Below, piece after piece: positions 7,697 to 15,750 of a DNA stretch of 16,663 nucleotides. Each line of letters begins with the position of its first letter. Position 1 is the first letter of the stretch. The translations under genes were made by a program, and so were the position numbers. The stretch lies in the IMG/VR virus record IMGVR_UViG_2690315994_000023; one strand, written 5' to 3'. Source of the stretch: a virus (Duplodnaviria; Heunggongvirae; Uroviricota; Caudoviricetes). The notes under the pieces were generated by a model that saw nothing but the letters and a program-made list of their open reading frames with translations, made no database searches and had not been told where the DNA came from.

Positions 7697-9341
7697 GTAC
7701 GCAGAAGACGTAAAAACGGGCAAAATTCCGGCCTGTAAACGGCTGAAACAGGCCGTTAAACGGTACTTTTCGGACCTTGAAAGCCCCCTTTACACGTTCG
7801 ATCGTGAGGTTGTGGAGCGGTTTATTGCCTTTTCCAGGGTGTGCCCGCACGTAAAAGGCGCAATGCGCGGTAGCCCCATTGAGCTGGAGCCGTGGCAGCA
7901 GTTCGCCTTTGCGTGCATCCTCGGCTTTAAGGTTAAGGCCACCGGACGGCGCAAATACACGAGCGCCTTTATCGAAGTGCCGCGCAAAAATGCGAAATCC
8001 ACGACCGCCGCGATTCTGGCTAACTGGTTTTTGATTATGGAGAACGGTCAGCAGGATATCTACACCGCAGCGGTGAGCCGTGACCAGGCGCGGATCGTCT
8101 TTGATGATGCGCGTCAGATGTGCCTTTTATCCCGACCGTTACGCAGGCGGGTGAATATTCAGGCGCATAAGGTGATACACCCGAAAAGCAACAGCCTGTT
8201 AAAGCCGCTGGCAGCAAAAGCGGCAACCATTGAAGGTACAAACCCGAGTCTTGCCATTGTGGATGAATATCACCTGCACCCTGACAACGGGGTTTATTCC
8301 GCGCTTGAACTGGGAATGGGGGCGCGTCCGGAGGGGCTGTTATTTGCCATCACCACATCGGGGAGCAACGTTGTTTCAGCCTGTAAACAACACTACGACT
8401 ATTGCTGCCAGATACTGGATGGTGAAGAGGTGAACGAATCCATGTTCGTGCTGATTTACGAGCTGGATGATGAAAGCGAGGTTGACGATCCGGCGATGTG
8501 GATAAAGGCGAATCCAAATATCGATGTTTCCGTCGATCGTGAAAAACTGGCCTCAACCATCCAGAAAGCGCGGGGTATTCCGTCGCAGTGGGTGGAAATG
8601 CTCACCAAGCGATTCAATATCTGGTGTCAGGGGGCTACGCCGTGGATGGGTAACGGTGCATGGGCGGAGTGCGCCGGAACGTTCACGGAGGAAGATTTAC
8701 ACGGCCAGGAGTGTTACGCGGGGCTGGATTTATCATCCACAAGCGATATTTCCAGCGTGTGCTATGCCTTTCCGGTCGGTAAAACCATTATGCTGGTTTC
8801 CCGTCATTATCTGCCGGAGTTCCAGCTACAGAACCCCGCCAATAAAAACCGCGCTGTCTATCGTCAGTGGGCTAAAGCGGGCTGGATACGCACAACGCCT
8901 GGCGACTGCATTGATTACGACCGGATCAGAGATGACATCATGCAGGACGCGGAGAAATTTAATATCAGGCTGGTGGGCTTTGATACGTGGAACGCCACGC
9001 ATCTCAGAACGCAATTACAGGGGGCAGGTTTTGAGGTGGAGCCGTTCCCGCAAACCTACCTCAGATTCAGTCCGGCGGCGAAATCGTTCGAAGTTTTTGT
9101 TAACCGCAGGGTGATTGTGCATCGTGGCGATCCGGTGTTGTCCTGGTCGATGAGTAACGTTGTGATGCAGAGTGACGCGAACGCCAATATCAAGCCGAAC
9201 AAGAAAAAATCACCGAACAAGATAGACCCGAGCGTGGCGGCACTGATGGCGTTTGGCACATTCCAGGCAGAGCATGAGGATTTTGAATTCGATATGAGCG
9301 ATAGCCATAAGCAGCGACTTGCCGAATTTACCGGGATTTGA
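7680..9341 (+). CDS. terL: Terminase large subunit
   Basis: A 553-aa protein with a Walker A-like segment (EVPRKNAKST), a Walker B-like stretch (LAIVDEYH) and a C-terminal nuclease-like region. The start is uncertain: TTG at 7680, overlapping the terS 3' end. Confidence 0.88.
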   Translation: MTAWNKYAEDVKTGKIPACKRLKQAVKRYFSDLESPLYTFDREVVERFIAFSRVCPHVKGAMRGSPIELEPWQQFAFACILGFKVKATGRRKYTSAFIEVPRKNAKSTTAAILANWFLIMENGQQDIYTAAVSRDQARIVFDDARQMCLLSRPLRRRVNIQAHKVIHPKSNSLLKPLAAKAATIEGTNPSLAIVDEYHLHPDNGVYSALELGMGARPEGLLFAITTSGSNVVSACKQHYDYCCQILDGEEVNESMFVLIYELDDESEVDDPAMWIKANPNIDVSVDREKLASTIQKARGIPSQWVEMLTKRFNIWCQGATPWMGNGAWAECAGTFTEEDLHGQECYAGLDLSSTSDISSVCYAFPVGKTIMLVSRHYLPEFQLQNPANKNRAVYRQWAKAGWIRTTPGDCIDYDRIRDDIMQDAEKFNIRLVGFDTWNATHLRTQLQGAGFEVEPFPQTYLRFSPAAKSFEVFVNRRVIVHRGDPVLSWSMSNVVMQSDANANIKPNKKKSPNKIDPSVAALMAFGTFQAEHEDFEFDMSDSHKQRLAEFTGI

Positions 9342-9343
9342 AT

Positions 9344-9535
9344 ATGCTCAAACACAAGAAAATTGAGTCTGTGATCGACGAAATGGCACGTCAATTAGGC
9401 CATGAACTTAACGGGCAGGATAAGCTGGTAATCCGCACTAAAACAGCTATGGTGTTGGCCGCTAAACAGCGGTACCGTCAGCGCATGGAAGCGCCACCCT
9501 ATCAGTGGCGAAAGCCAGATAAATTAAGGCGTTGA
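9344..9535 (+). CDS. Hypothetical small protein (63 aa), last gene of the packaging operon
   Basis: ATG 9344 lies 3 nt after the terL stop, and a strong terminator follows. Confidence 0.4.
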   Translation: MLKHKKIESVIDEMARQLGHELNGQDKLVIRTKTAMVLAAKQRYRQRMEAPPYQWRKPDKLRR

Positions 9536-9556
9536 AAGAGGTTCATCCCCCTACAA

Positions 9557-9588
9557 AGCACCAGTATTGTTCTGGTGCTTTTTTGTTT
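9557..9588 (+). terminator. Rho-independent terminator at the end of island 1
   Basis: Perfect 8-bp stem AGCACCAG / CTGGTGCT with a 7-nt loop, followed by TTTTTTGTTTGTT. Confidence 0.8.
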
Positions 9589-9601
9589 GTTCAGAAAAAG
9601 C

Positions 9602-9625
9602 TGTATAAACATTTGTATAAACATT
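9602..9625. repeat. Perfect tandem direct repeat, 2 x TGTATAAACATT
   Basis: Copies at 9602..9613 and 9614..9625, between two terminators in the island junction. Confidence 0.6.
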
Positions 9626-9632
9626 AATAAAA

Positions 9633-9662
9633 AAGGCGCTTCCCCATGCCGAGTAGCGCCTT
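9633..9662. terminator. Bidirectional-type terminator hairpin (A-run, stem, T-run)
   Basis: AAAAAAGGCGCT, a 14-nt loop, then AGCGCCTTTTT. Confidence 0.6.
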
Positions 9663-9873
9663 TTTAATCAAGCAGTTAGCTAAATTGAATTAGTTCATGC
9701 CGTATTGTAAAATACAGAGTCATTATACGTAATTTATTATCACTCTAGATAATTTGTATTCATCATAAATAATTGATGCAGAACGAGATATTTATTTTTT
9801 ATTGGCTCGCATTGTATCATCAGTTATCAGTTACTCCCTGCATACAGTTGTCAAAAAGGTTGTCATTAACTCT

Positions 9874-11109
9874 ATGGCCGAAAATAAACTCTCAGATGTT
9901 CAATTGCGTGCGTTAACCCGCAAAGTCATCGAAAAACCTTTTGATGTTGCTGACGGTGGCAGCCTTTCTGTTCGCGTTACACCATCAAGGCGCAAAATCC
10001 TTGATGGCGAGAAGAGACCGGCCAATAACATCCAATGGTTGTTCCGTTATAAGAATAAGCATAAAAGCGCCAATACTTTGACGCTAGTGCTGGGCAAGTA
10101 TCCTGCCTTATCTCTTGCTGAGGCGAGGGTGAAACGCGACCAATGCAAACGGTGGCTTGCTCATAATCTAGATCCTAAAGACCAGTTTGACCAAGAGTCA
10201 GCAAAAACCATGAAACCTGTCACTATCAGGGAAGCATTGGAACGCTGGATTAATGAGTACGCGGCGGAAAACCGGGTCAACTTTGAAAGGCATAGACGCC
10301 AATTCGAAAGACATATTTATCCTTTCATCGGCGAATTGCCACTTGAACAGTGCTCTAAAGCAAGATGGATGGAGACATTTAGCAGAATCAAAAAAGTCGC
10401 GCCGGTAGCAAGCGGCTACATATTAGGTAACTGCAAGCAGGCGTTGATTCACAACCGCAGGCTGCACGATGTTTACAGTGATGCGCTGGAGGATATCAAA
10501 GTTACTGATGTTGGAAGAAAGCAGGCAAAACGTGATCGTGTTTTAACTTCTGAAGAACTTAGTGGCCTTTGGAATGCGCTAAAAAGCGAATATGCGTTTC
10601 TACCTTACTACACCGCGCTTTTAAAATTGCTAATAGTGTTTGGTGCAAGAACACAAGAAATTCGTCTTTCGACATGGTCGGAATGGAACGTGAAAGAATG
10701 GATTTGGACAGTTCCGCGAGAACATAGCAAGGGTGGGGAGAAAATCATCAGACCCGTGCCTGAATCTATACAGCCATTTATTTTACAGCTACGCCAAAAT
10801 CATCTTGATAGCGGAATGCTGCTTGGTGAAATGAAGAAACCCGAAGCTGTCAGCCAGTGGGGGCGTATCTTATACAGGCGATTAGAGCATTCAACGCCGT
10901 GGACGTTGCATGACCTGCGCCGCACTTTTGCCACCAGTCTAAATAACTTGGGGATAGCCCCGCATGTGGTTGAACAGTTGCTGGGCCACTCAATGCCAGG
11001 AGTGATGGCGGTGTACAACCGTAGCCAGTACATCCCGGAAAAACGGTTAGCCTTGGACAAATGGATAAAATATTTAGAAAAAATAAACCTTTTAAAATCA
11101 GATAATTAA
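9874..11109 (+). CDS. int: Tyrosine recombinase / integrase, P4 type
   Basis: An N-terminal arm-binding-like region (LSVRVTPSRRKILDGEKRPANNIQWLFRY) and a C-terminal catalytic region with HDLRRTFATSL and LLGHS...AVYNRSQY (tyrosine nucleophile). ATG 9874 is preferred over the track's TTG at 9802. Confidence 0.88.
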   Translation: MAENKLSDVQLRALTRKVIEKPFDVADGGSLSVRVTPSRRKILDGEKRPANNIQWLFRYKNKHKSANTLTLVLGKYPALSLAEARVKRDQCKRWLAHNLDPKDQFDQESAKTMKPVTIREALERWINEYAAENRVNFERHRRQFERHIYPFIGELPLEQCSKARWMETFSRIKKVAPVASGYILGNCKQALIHNRRLHDVYSDALEDIKVTDVGRKQAKRDRVLTSEELSGLWNALKSEYAFLPYYTALLKLLIVFGARTQEIRLSTWSEWNVKEWIWTVPREHSKGGEKIIRPVPESIQPFILQLRQNHLDSGMLLGEMKKPEAVSQWGRILYRRLEHSTPWTLHDLRRTFATSLNNLGIAPHVVEQLLGHSMPGVMAVYNRSQYIPEKRLALDKWIKYLEKINLLKSDN

Positions 11110-11218
11110 AAATTGATGATTATATAGAGTTATGTAGCGTTATTTGCAGTTAAGTTTATGAATTTAAAGGGTATTTACTGCTGATACAATTTGAGTATTA
11201 TTGTCATGTAGTAATAAA

Positions 11219-11243
11219 AAGCCCCCAGCAGAACTGAGGGCTT
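11219..11243 (-). terminator. Hairpin followed by a T-run only on the minus strand
   Basis: AAGCCC-c-CAG loop CTG-a-GGGCTT. The + strand has AATAAAAA upstream, so the U-run is on the minus-strand transcript, and no T-run follows on the + strand. Confidence 0.35.
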
Positions 11244-11403
11244 GAATAAGGCGGGGATCGGTTCACGTCGCCAAACAGAAAACCGAACCCCTTAATACCA
11301 AAAAGCCGGTGAAGGCTGTAATGGTCGCGTTCTTTGTTAACGCAACATAATCATAAATCATTACAGACCACATATCCACCGGCCATGTTTTGAGGGCCGT
11401 AAG

Positions 11404-11583
11404 ATGGAATTACTGACTGCTAAGCAAGTCACAACACTAACAACATTATCCCGCATGACTATCTGGCGCTATATCCAGGCTGGCACGTTTCCTAATTGCA
11501 TAAAATTAGGGCCAAAACGCGTGGCCTGGCGGCGCAAAGATGTTATGGCGTGGCTTGAAAGCCGCCAGCCAGTACAGCGCTGA
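11404..11583 (+). CDS. alpA: AlpA-family (MerR-like HTH) prophage transcriptional regulator
   Basis: A 59-aa ORF, below the track cutoff. LLTAKQVTTLTTLSRMTIWRYIQAGTFPNCIKLGPKRVAWRRKDVMAWLESRQ matches the AlpA helix-turn-helix pattern. It sits directly downstream of int, as in P4-like elements and PICIs. Confidence 0.8.
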   Translation: MELLTAKQVTTLTTLSRMTIWRYIQAGTFPNCIKLGPKRVAWRRKDVMAWLESRQPVQR

Positions 11584-11591
11584 GGTGGCTT

Positions 11592-11873
11592 ATGAAGAAA
11601 ACAACCGTAAATCAGGCTATCAGTCGCTATAACAGCCTGTTGCGTAACCCACAGCGCCAGTTAACCGTTGGCGAACTTACCGCCCAGCGTATGGCGGCAG
11701 CACAATTATTGTTGCAAGCATGCATTCGCGAAGGTGTAAACCGCCCGTGGACTATTGTTTCACGTCACGCCGCTATGGCTGATAGCCTGGTGCCGTTTCG
11801 CATCAGCGATTCTGAATCATGGGCGATGTATCTGGAGTTAAAACGCGGGGTGCGATATGAGAAACGCGCCTAA
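11592..11873 (+). CDS. Hypothetical protein (93 aa), translationally coupled to replicase 2
   Basis: ATG 11592 follows the GAGGTGG Shine-Dalgarno, and the 3' end overlaps the replicase start by 17 nt. Confidence 0.5.
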   Translation: MKKTTVNQAISRYNSLLRNPQRQLTVGELTAQRMAAAQLLLQACIREGVNRPWTIVSRHAAMADSLVPFRISDSESWAMYLELKRGVRYEKRA

Positions 11874-13545
11874 CGTTAAGCTATTACCTAAAGACCCTTT
11901 TACGGAAGCAATTATTTTTGCCGGTTCTGACGCTTGGAGCCATGCCAAGGGCTGGGAAGAAGGAATGGGTAAACAAGTTGCCGGTGACACTACTCCTCCT
12001 GTCTATCTTGGGCCAAGACAACTGGATGATTTAGATAATCTACGAATTATCGACGATGGTCGCCGGTCTGCGCGGGTATATCTGGCTGGTGATATTAAGC
12101 AACTTCAAATCAGCACTATTGCTGACAAGCTGGCAGTGGCTGGAGTTAAGGAAGCCCGTTTATTTAAAGGCATTACTGACCGTGAACCGGAAAAATGGAA
12201 CATGGACAGGCTTAGAGACGCCGCCCTACGCGGTGAAAGCCTGGTGGGCATGCTGCGCAAAGAAGAACGAGCAACCGCCGCAGCAACTGTAAAAGACATT
12301 CACGATATGGCTCCTGTATTAATGACAACCTGGCCAAATATTGGAAGCAATGGCCAGCCTTTAAACACACGCCCTAATGTTGAACGTCTATTAGATAACT
12401 ACAGCATTTCTGCAAAATATAATGAGATTAGCAAGGACGTTGAGGTTTTAGTACCTGGCGTTAGTGGCGGTTCAGATGCTCGCGATAACTGCGCTGTGAG
12501 TGAAATTTTAAGCCTCGCCGCACTGAACCGGTTACCAATGAGTAATATTGAAGGTCATATCAAAACTATCGCTGTGCGCAATACTTATAATCCTGTCAGG
12601 GATTTCATCAATCAACGTGAATGGGATGGACGAAGCCGATTTGCAGACCTGCTGAATACTATCAGCACGCCAGATGACTACAGTCGCGATCTGCTGGCCA
12701 TGCTGGTGCGTCGTTGGTTGCTGTCTGCCGTGGCGGCTGCTTACTTAGAAGCGGGTTTCTGGTCCAAAGGCGTGCTGGTTTTCCAGGGCGAGCAGTCACT
12801 GGGTAAAACAGCATGGTTTAAAGCGCTTCTGCCCCCTGACAATCGCAACCTGGTTAAGGTGGGAGCAACTATTGACCCCGGCAATAAAGACAGCGTGGCC
12901 AGCGCAATTAGTCACTGGCTTGTTGAGCTAGGCGAATTGGATGCGACGTTTCGCAAGGCGGATATTGCCAAGCTCAAAGCATTTATCAGCCAGGACCGTG
13001 ATGACCTGCGCCGCCCTTATGACCGGCTTGAATCGAAGTACCAGCGCCGCACCGTGTTTTTTGCGTCAGTGAACCCGAAACACTTCCTGGCGGATGACAC
13101 CGGGAACGTGCGCTGGTGGACCATTCCTGTAACTGCCGTTAACTACGAGCATGGCATAGACACACAACAATTATGGGCCGAAGTTCTTTCCTGGTTTGAA
13201 GCAGGTGAACGCTGGTGGCTGGATCGTGATGAAGAAGCCATGCTGGAAGTAGTGAACGAACAGCACGGGCAAACTGACCCGATTGAAGAAATGATATTGG
13301 CGCGTTTTGATTGGAACAGTGATCGCCTGGCTGCATATATAGAAATGACTGCAACGGATGTTCTGTTGTCTATTGGGCAGGATCGGCCAACAAAATCCCA
13401 GGCAACGCAGTGCGGTAACATTCTGCGAAAACTGACTGGAAGGGATGCACGTAGAACAAGTAAAGGGCGTTTTTACCTAATGCCACCGAAAGTTTTTGGA
13501 CAGCAAGACCATAGCTATTTTGATGGGCCTAACCGCCAGTTTTGA
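11857..13545 (+). CDS. Replication initiator: conserved N-domain + P4-alpha/VirE-like P-loop NTPase (primase-helicase type)
   Basis: The N-terminal ~105 aa are homologous to those of ORF 168..740. The central and C-terminal part has Walker A GEQSLGKTAWFKAL and downstream motifs (LVELGELD, RTVFFASVNP) of the P4-alpha / D5 / VirE-type superfamily-3-like NTPase found in satellite primases. Confidence 0.8.
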   Translation: MRNAPNVKLLPKDPFTEAIIFAGSDAWSHAKGWEEGMGKQVAGDTTPPVYLGPRQLDDLDNLRIIDDGRRSARVYLAGDIKQLQISTIADKLAVAGVKEARLFKGITDREPEKWNMDRLRDAALRGESLVGMLRKEERATAAATVKDIHDMAPVLMTTWPNIGSNGQPLNTRPNVERLLDNYSISAKYNEISKDVEVLVPGVSGGSDARDNCAVSEILSLAALNRLPMSNIEGHIKTIAVRNTYNPVRDFINQREWDGRSRFADLLNTISTPDDYSRDLLAMLVRRWLLSAVAAAYLEAGFWSKGVLVFQGEQSLGKTAWFKALLPPDNRNLVKVGATIDPGNKDSVASAISHWLVELGELDATFRKADIAKLKAFISQDRDDLRRPYDRLESKYQRRTVFFASVNPKHFLADDTGNVRWWTIPVTAVNYEHGIDTQQLWAEVLSWFEAGERWWLDRDEEAMLEVVNEQHGQTDPIEEMILARFDWNSDRLAAYIEMTATDVLLSIGQDRPTKSQATQCGNILRKLTGRDARRTSKGRFYLMPPKVFGQQDHSYFDGPNRQF

Positions 13546-13554
13546 GGTGATACT

Positions 13555-13779
13555 ATGAGTTATCGCGTATATATCATTGCTTTTGACCCGGAACACGGCA
13601 CCTACACCGAAACCGAAATCATGGAAGGTTTCGCCACTGAACAGGAAGCGGTAGACCATGCTCGCAATAGGCTGCCAGAGGTGCAGCAGGAACTGGCCAA
13701 GTTGGGTGAAAACCTGCTATGCAGCTACCGCATAAGGGTAGTGGATTCCGCTGAAATCTTGCCGTTTCTCCGCTCATAA
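13555..13779 (+). CDS. Hypothetical protein (74 aa)
   Basis: ATG 13555 follows the GAGGTGA Shine-Dalgarno, and a terminator lies downstream. Confidence 0.45.
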   Translation: MSYRVYIIAFDPEHGTYTETEIMEGFATEQEAVDHARNRLPEVQQELAKLGENLLCSYRIRVVDSAEILPFLRS

Positions 13780-13802
13780 TATCACAACGGTTGTTACCCA
13801 TT

Positions 13803-13834
13803 GCCCTGGCGAATGCCGGGGCTTTTTTTATTTT
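13803..13834 (+). terminator. Rho-independent terminator
   Basis: GCCCTGGC-gaat-GCCGGGGC hairpin followed by TTTTTTTATTTT. Confidence 0.7.
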
Positions 13835-13848
13835 CAAAGTGACGCCTA

Positions 13849-14151
13849 GGTGTCATTAATTTATAAGGTGTCATGGTAGGTGTCATTGTTCTCAAGCCAT
13901 AACCCGCAAGGGTTGCGACATTACTAATGACACCTATGACACCTATGACAGCATTTTTAAAGAAAATAACGACCACTGTAATAATGTAACAGTGGTCGTT
14001 ATACTTTATAGAAATGGGTGTCATGGTGTCACAGGTGTCATTCATTACAGTATCTTGTTTGTATTTTTCTTTAATAATCAGCGTGTTTCCCGCTATGACA
14101 CCTAATGACACCTTTCCAACATAACGCCGTCATGGTGACATTAGGTGTCAT
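13849..14151. repeat. Iteron array, putative origin of replication of island 2
   Basis: GGTGTCAT at 13849, 13867, 13879, 14017, 14034 and 14144. Its reverse complement ATGACACC at 13927, 13936, 14095 and 14105. Variants GGTGTCAC at 14025, GGTGACAT at 14134, and a partial at 13945. The array has an AT-rich centre. Confidence 0.65.
13966..14002. repeat. Perfect 14-bp inverted repeat (ATAACGACCACTGT / ACAGTGGTCGTTAT) with 9-bp AT spacer, at the centre of the iteron array
   Basis: Exact reverse-complement arms at 13966..13979 and 13989..14002. Confidence 0.6.
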
Positions 14152-14545
14152 CGCCATCTGCTGCCAAAAAAGTCAAGGTACTTCCGAGGGGGGTACAGCC
14201 TGCGGGGGCATTGGTCCCGCGTAATTCGCGTTGTGCGTGCCCCTACAAAACTCACTTTATGATTACGTCAAGTAAATCAATCATTTATGTGAATCCTATC
14301 AAAGCACTGGAACCATAATTGCGAGATTGCAAAATAAAGCGAACACGTTTTACACACGCTGAATTGTAAAGATGTGTAAATATCGATTACGCCGGATTAT
14401 GCCTGGTTATTTGCAAGTATTCATGGTTATAAGTTACTGATTTTACATTAAAAAGCTCACATTGTGGCTATTGTGTTCGGCCTGGTTACTGTATATCTTT
14501 AAGTCATTCCAGACGATTTATTGCACAACAACCGGAGCATTTTTA

Positions 14546-15430
14546 ATGAACGTTTTATCTCAACTTATCAACGACGCGTTGAACCACCAGGGCGGCCACA
14601 TTCGCACTGATGGCAACGGTGACATTACTCAATTCATCCCTGTGGAACCTGCAGCAGTTCGCTACCTGTCCATGAATGACGTGCTGACCCCGAAAGGCGG
14701 CAAGCAGACCACCTTCAACGCTGTTCTGGCTGAACGTTCACTGGTGGCACAGGCAGGCGCTGAAATCATCCGCATCCCTGGCCCGATGACCACGCCTCCG
14801 ACTGGCAACACCGGCGCAACGACTGGCCGCGAAGTGGCTGACCGCTTCGTTGTCGTTCGCCCTGGTGCGTTCGCCAAAGTGGCTGACGGCGAAGAAATCA
14901 CCATGAGCGGCCTGCCTTACCTGGTATCAGCGTTCAACCACAACAACGCACCGGCTTACGGCGTGGGCTACACCCTTAGCCGCAAGCAGATGAAACACGA
15001 CTTCGCAGACGATACCACGCTGGAAGTGGTCAACACCGCCATTGAACGCGGAATTGCTGACCTGGCTGATTTCGTACTGCTGAACCACCTGGAAACCGCA
15101 GCGGAAACGCTGGCCAGCCCGTCATTCACCGCAGTGGCGCAGAAGATTGCAGCCAAAAACCTGCGCTTTGATGAAGTTAAAGCCATTGTTGGCGGTGATT
15201 GCACCGGCCTGGAACTGCAAGACGGCGTTCTGCGTGCCTACGGTGTACGCGCTGAAATCAGCGGCCAGACTTCCAGCACAATCATTGGCGCTTTCGGCAA
15301 TGCAGCCGTTGCCCTGGATGATGAAATCCGCGTCACCGCCCGCCGCGTGCTGAATGGTGCCGTTGAAATCGTTGTGTGGGTGAACGCATCCGCACTGGTG
15401 CCTGACTCAACTATGTTCTGGAAGGCTTGA
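14546..15430 (+). CDS. Hypothetical protein (294 aa), Ala/Gly/Thr-rich, strongly optimised codon usage
   Basis: ATG 14546 has GGAG 7 nt upstream. Codon choice is heavily biased (CTG, CGC/CGT, GGC, ACC, AAC, TTC, GAA), unlike neighbouring genes. It has no signal peptide and no recognisable catalytic motif. Confidence 0.6.
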   Translation: MNVLSQLINDALNHQGGHIRTDGNGDITQFIPVEPAAVRYLSMNDVLTPKGGKQTTFNAVLAERSLVAQAGAEIIRIPGPMTTPPTGNTGATTGREVADRFVVVRPGAFAKVADGEEITMSGLPYLVSAFNHNNAPAYGVGYTLSRKQMKHDFADDTTLEVVNTAIERGIADLADFVLLNHLETAAETLASPSFTAVAQKIAAKNLRFDEVKAIVGGDCTGLELQDGVLRAYGVRAEISGQTSSTIIGAFGNAAVALDDEIRVTARRVLNGAVEIVVWVNASALVPDSTMFWKA

Positions 15431-15432
15431 TC

Positions 15433-15747
15433 ATGTGGTGGGGCAGCAAAAAAGCGGCAGCGGAGCGCGCTGCCCTGCCGGGTGAAATCCTGGCAGCTAT
15501 CGAAGGTGTGGCCATGTATGTGCGCCACGGTGATGAAAACACACCGCGCATCGTAGTGCAGCCGGTTGGCTGGTCAGGATTCATCTACAGCGATGACGCT
15601 GCTGAAAAATGGATTCGCAAGGCTTACCCGGAGCTTAAGCAGTACCAGATTGAACGCGCCGTGAATTACCTCGCTTCCCTGGTGCGCAGTCACTACCGCG
15701 AGCAGCGCCCGAAACAGAAGCGCGAAAGCTGGATGAACAGGTACTAA
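15433..15747 (+). CDS. Hypothetical protein (104 aa), translationally coupled to the upstream gene
   Basis: ATG 15433 starts 2 nt after the upstream TGA (TGATCATG). Confidence 0.5.
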   Translation: MWWGSKKAAAERAALPGEILAAIEGVAMYVRHGDENTPRIVVQPVGWSGFIYSDDAAEKWIRKAYPELKQYQIERAVNYLASLVRSHYREQRPKQKRESWMNRY

Positions 15748-15750
15748 GCC

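Larger units (their letters stand above)
1..9535 (+). mobile_element. Island 1: capsid-forming satellite-like element (replication + head/packaging modules, no tail genes); left end outside the window
   Basis: Gene content and order, tightly coupled co-directional operons, and terminators at 9557..9662. Confidence 0.55.

Noticed and set aside
2163-9394. Minus-strand ORFs overlapping ssb, capsid, terminase and other + strand genes (for example 2163..2456, 3521..3841, 8826..9014, 9056..9394)
   Set aside because: All are embedded antisense in well-supported + strand genes, with no start signals and biased low-complexity translations.
9536-9873. tRNA or tmRNA gene as integration target next to the integrase
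   Set aside because: No T-arm or acceptor-stem signature such as GGTTCGAATCC was found by eye. A short tRNA 3'-end remnant (att core) cannot be excluded without the flanking genome.
13794-14111. Minus-strand ORF of 105 aa across the island-2 iteron array
   Set aside because: Its sequence is produced by translating the GGTGTCAT repeats and palindrome. The region is better explained as an origin.
1570-14151. Possible CRISPR arrays at the two repeat clusters
   Set aside because: Repeat units are only 7 to 8 bp, occur in both orientations with irregular spacing, and have no regular spacers. These are iterons.
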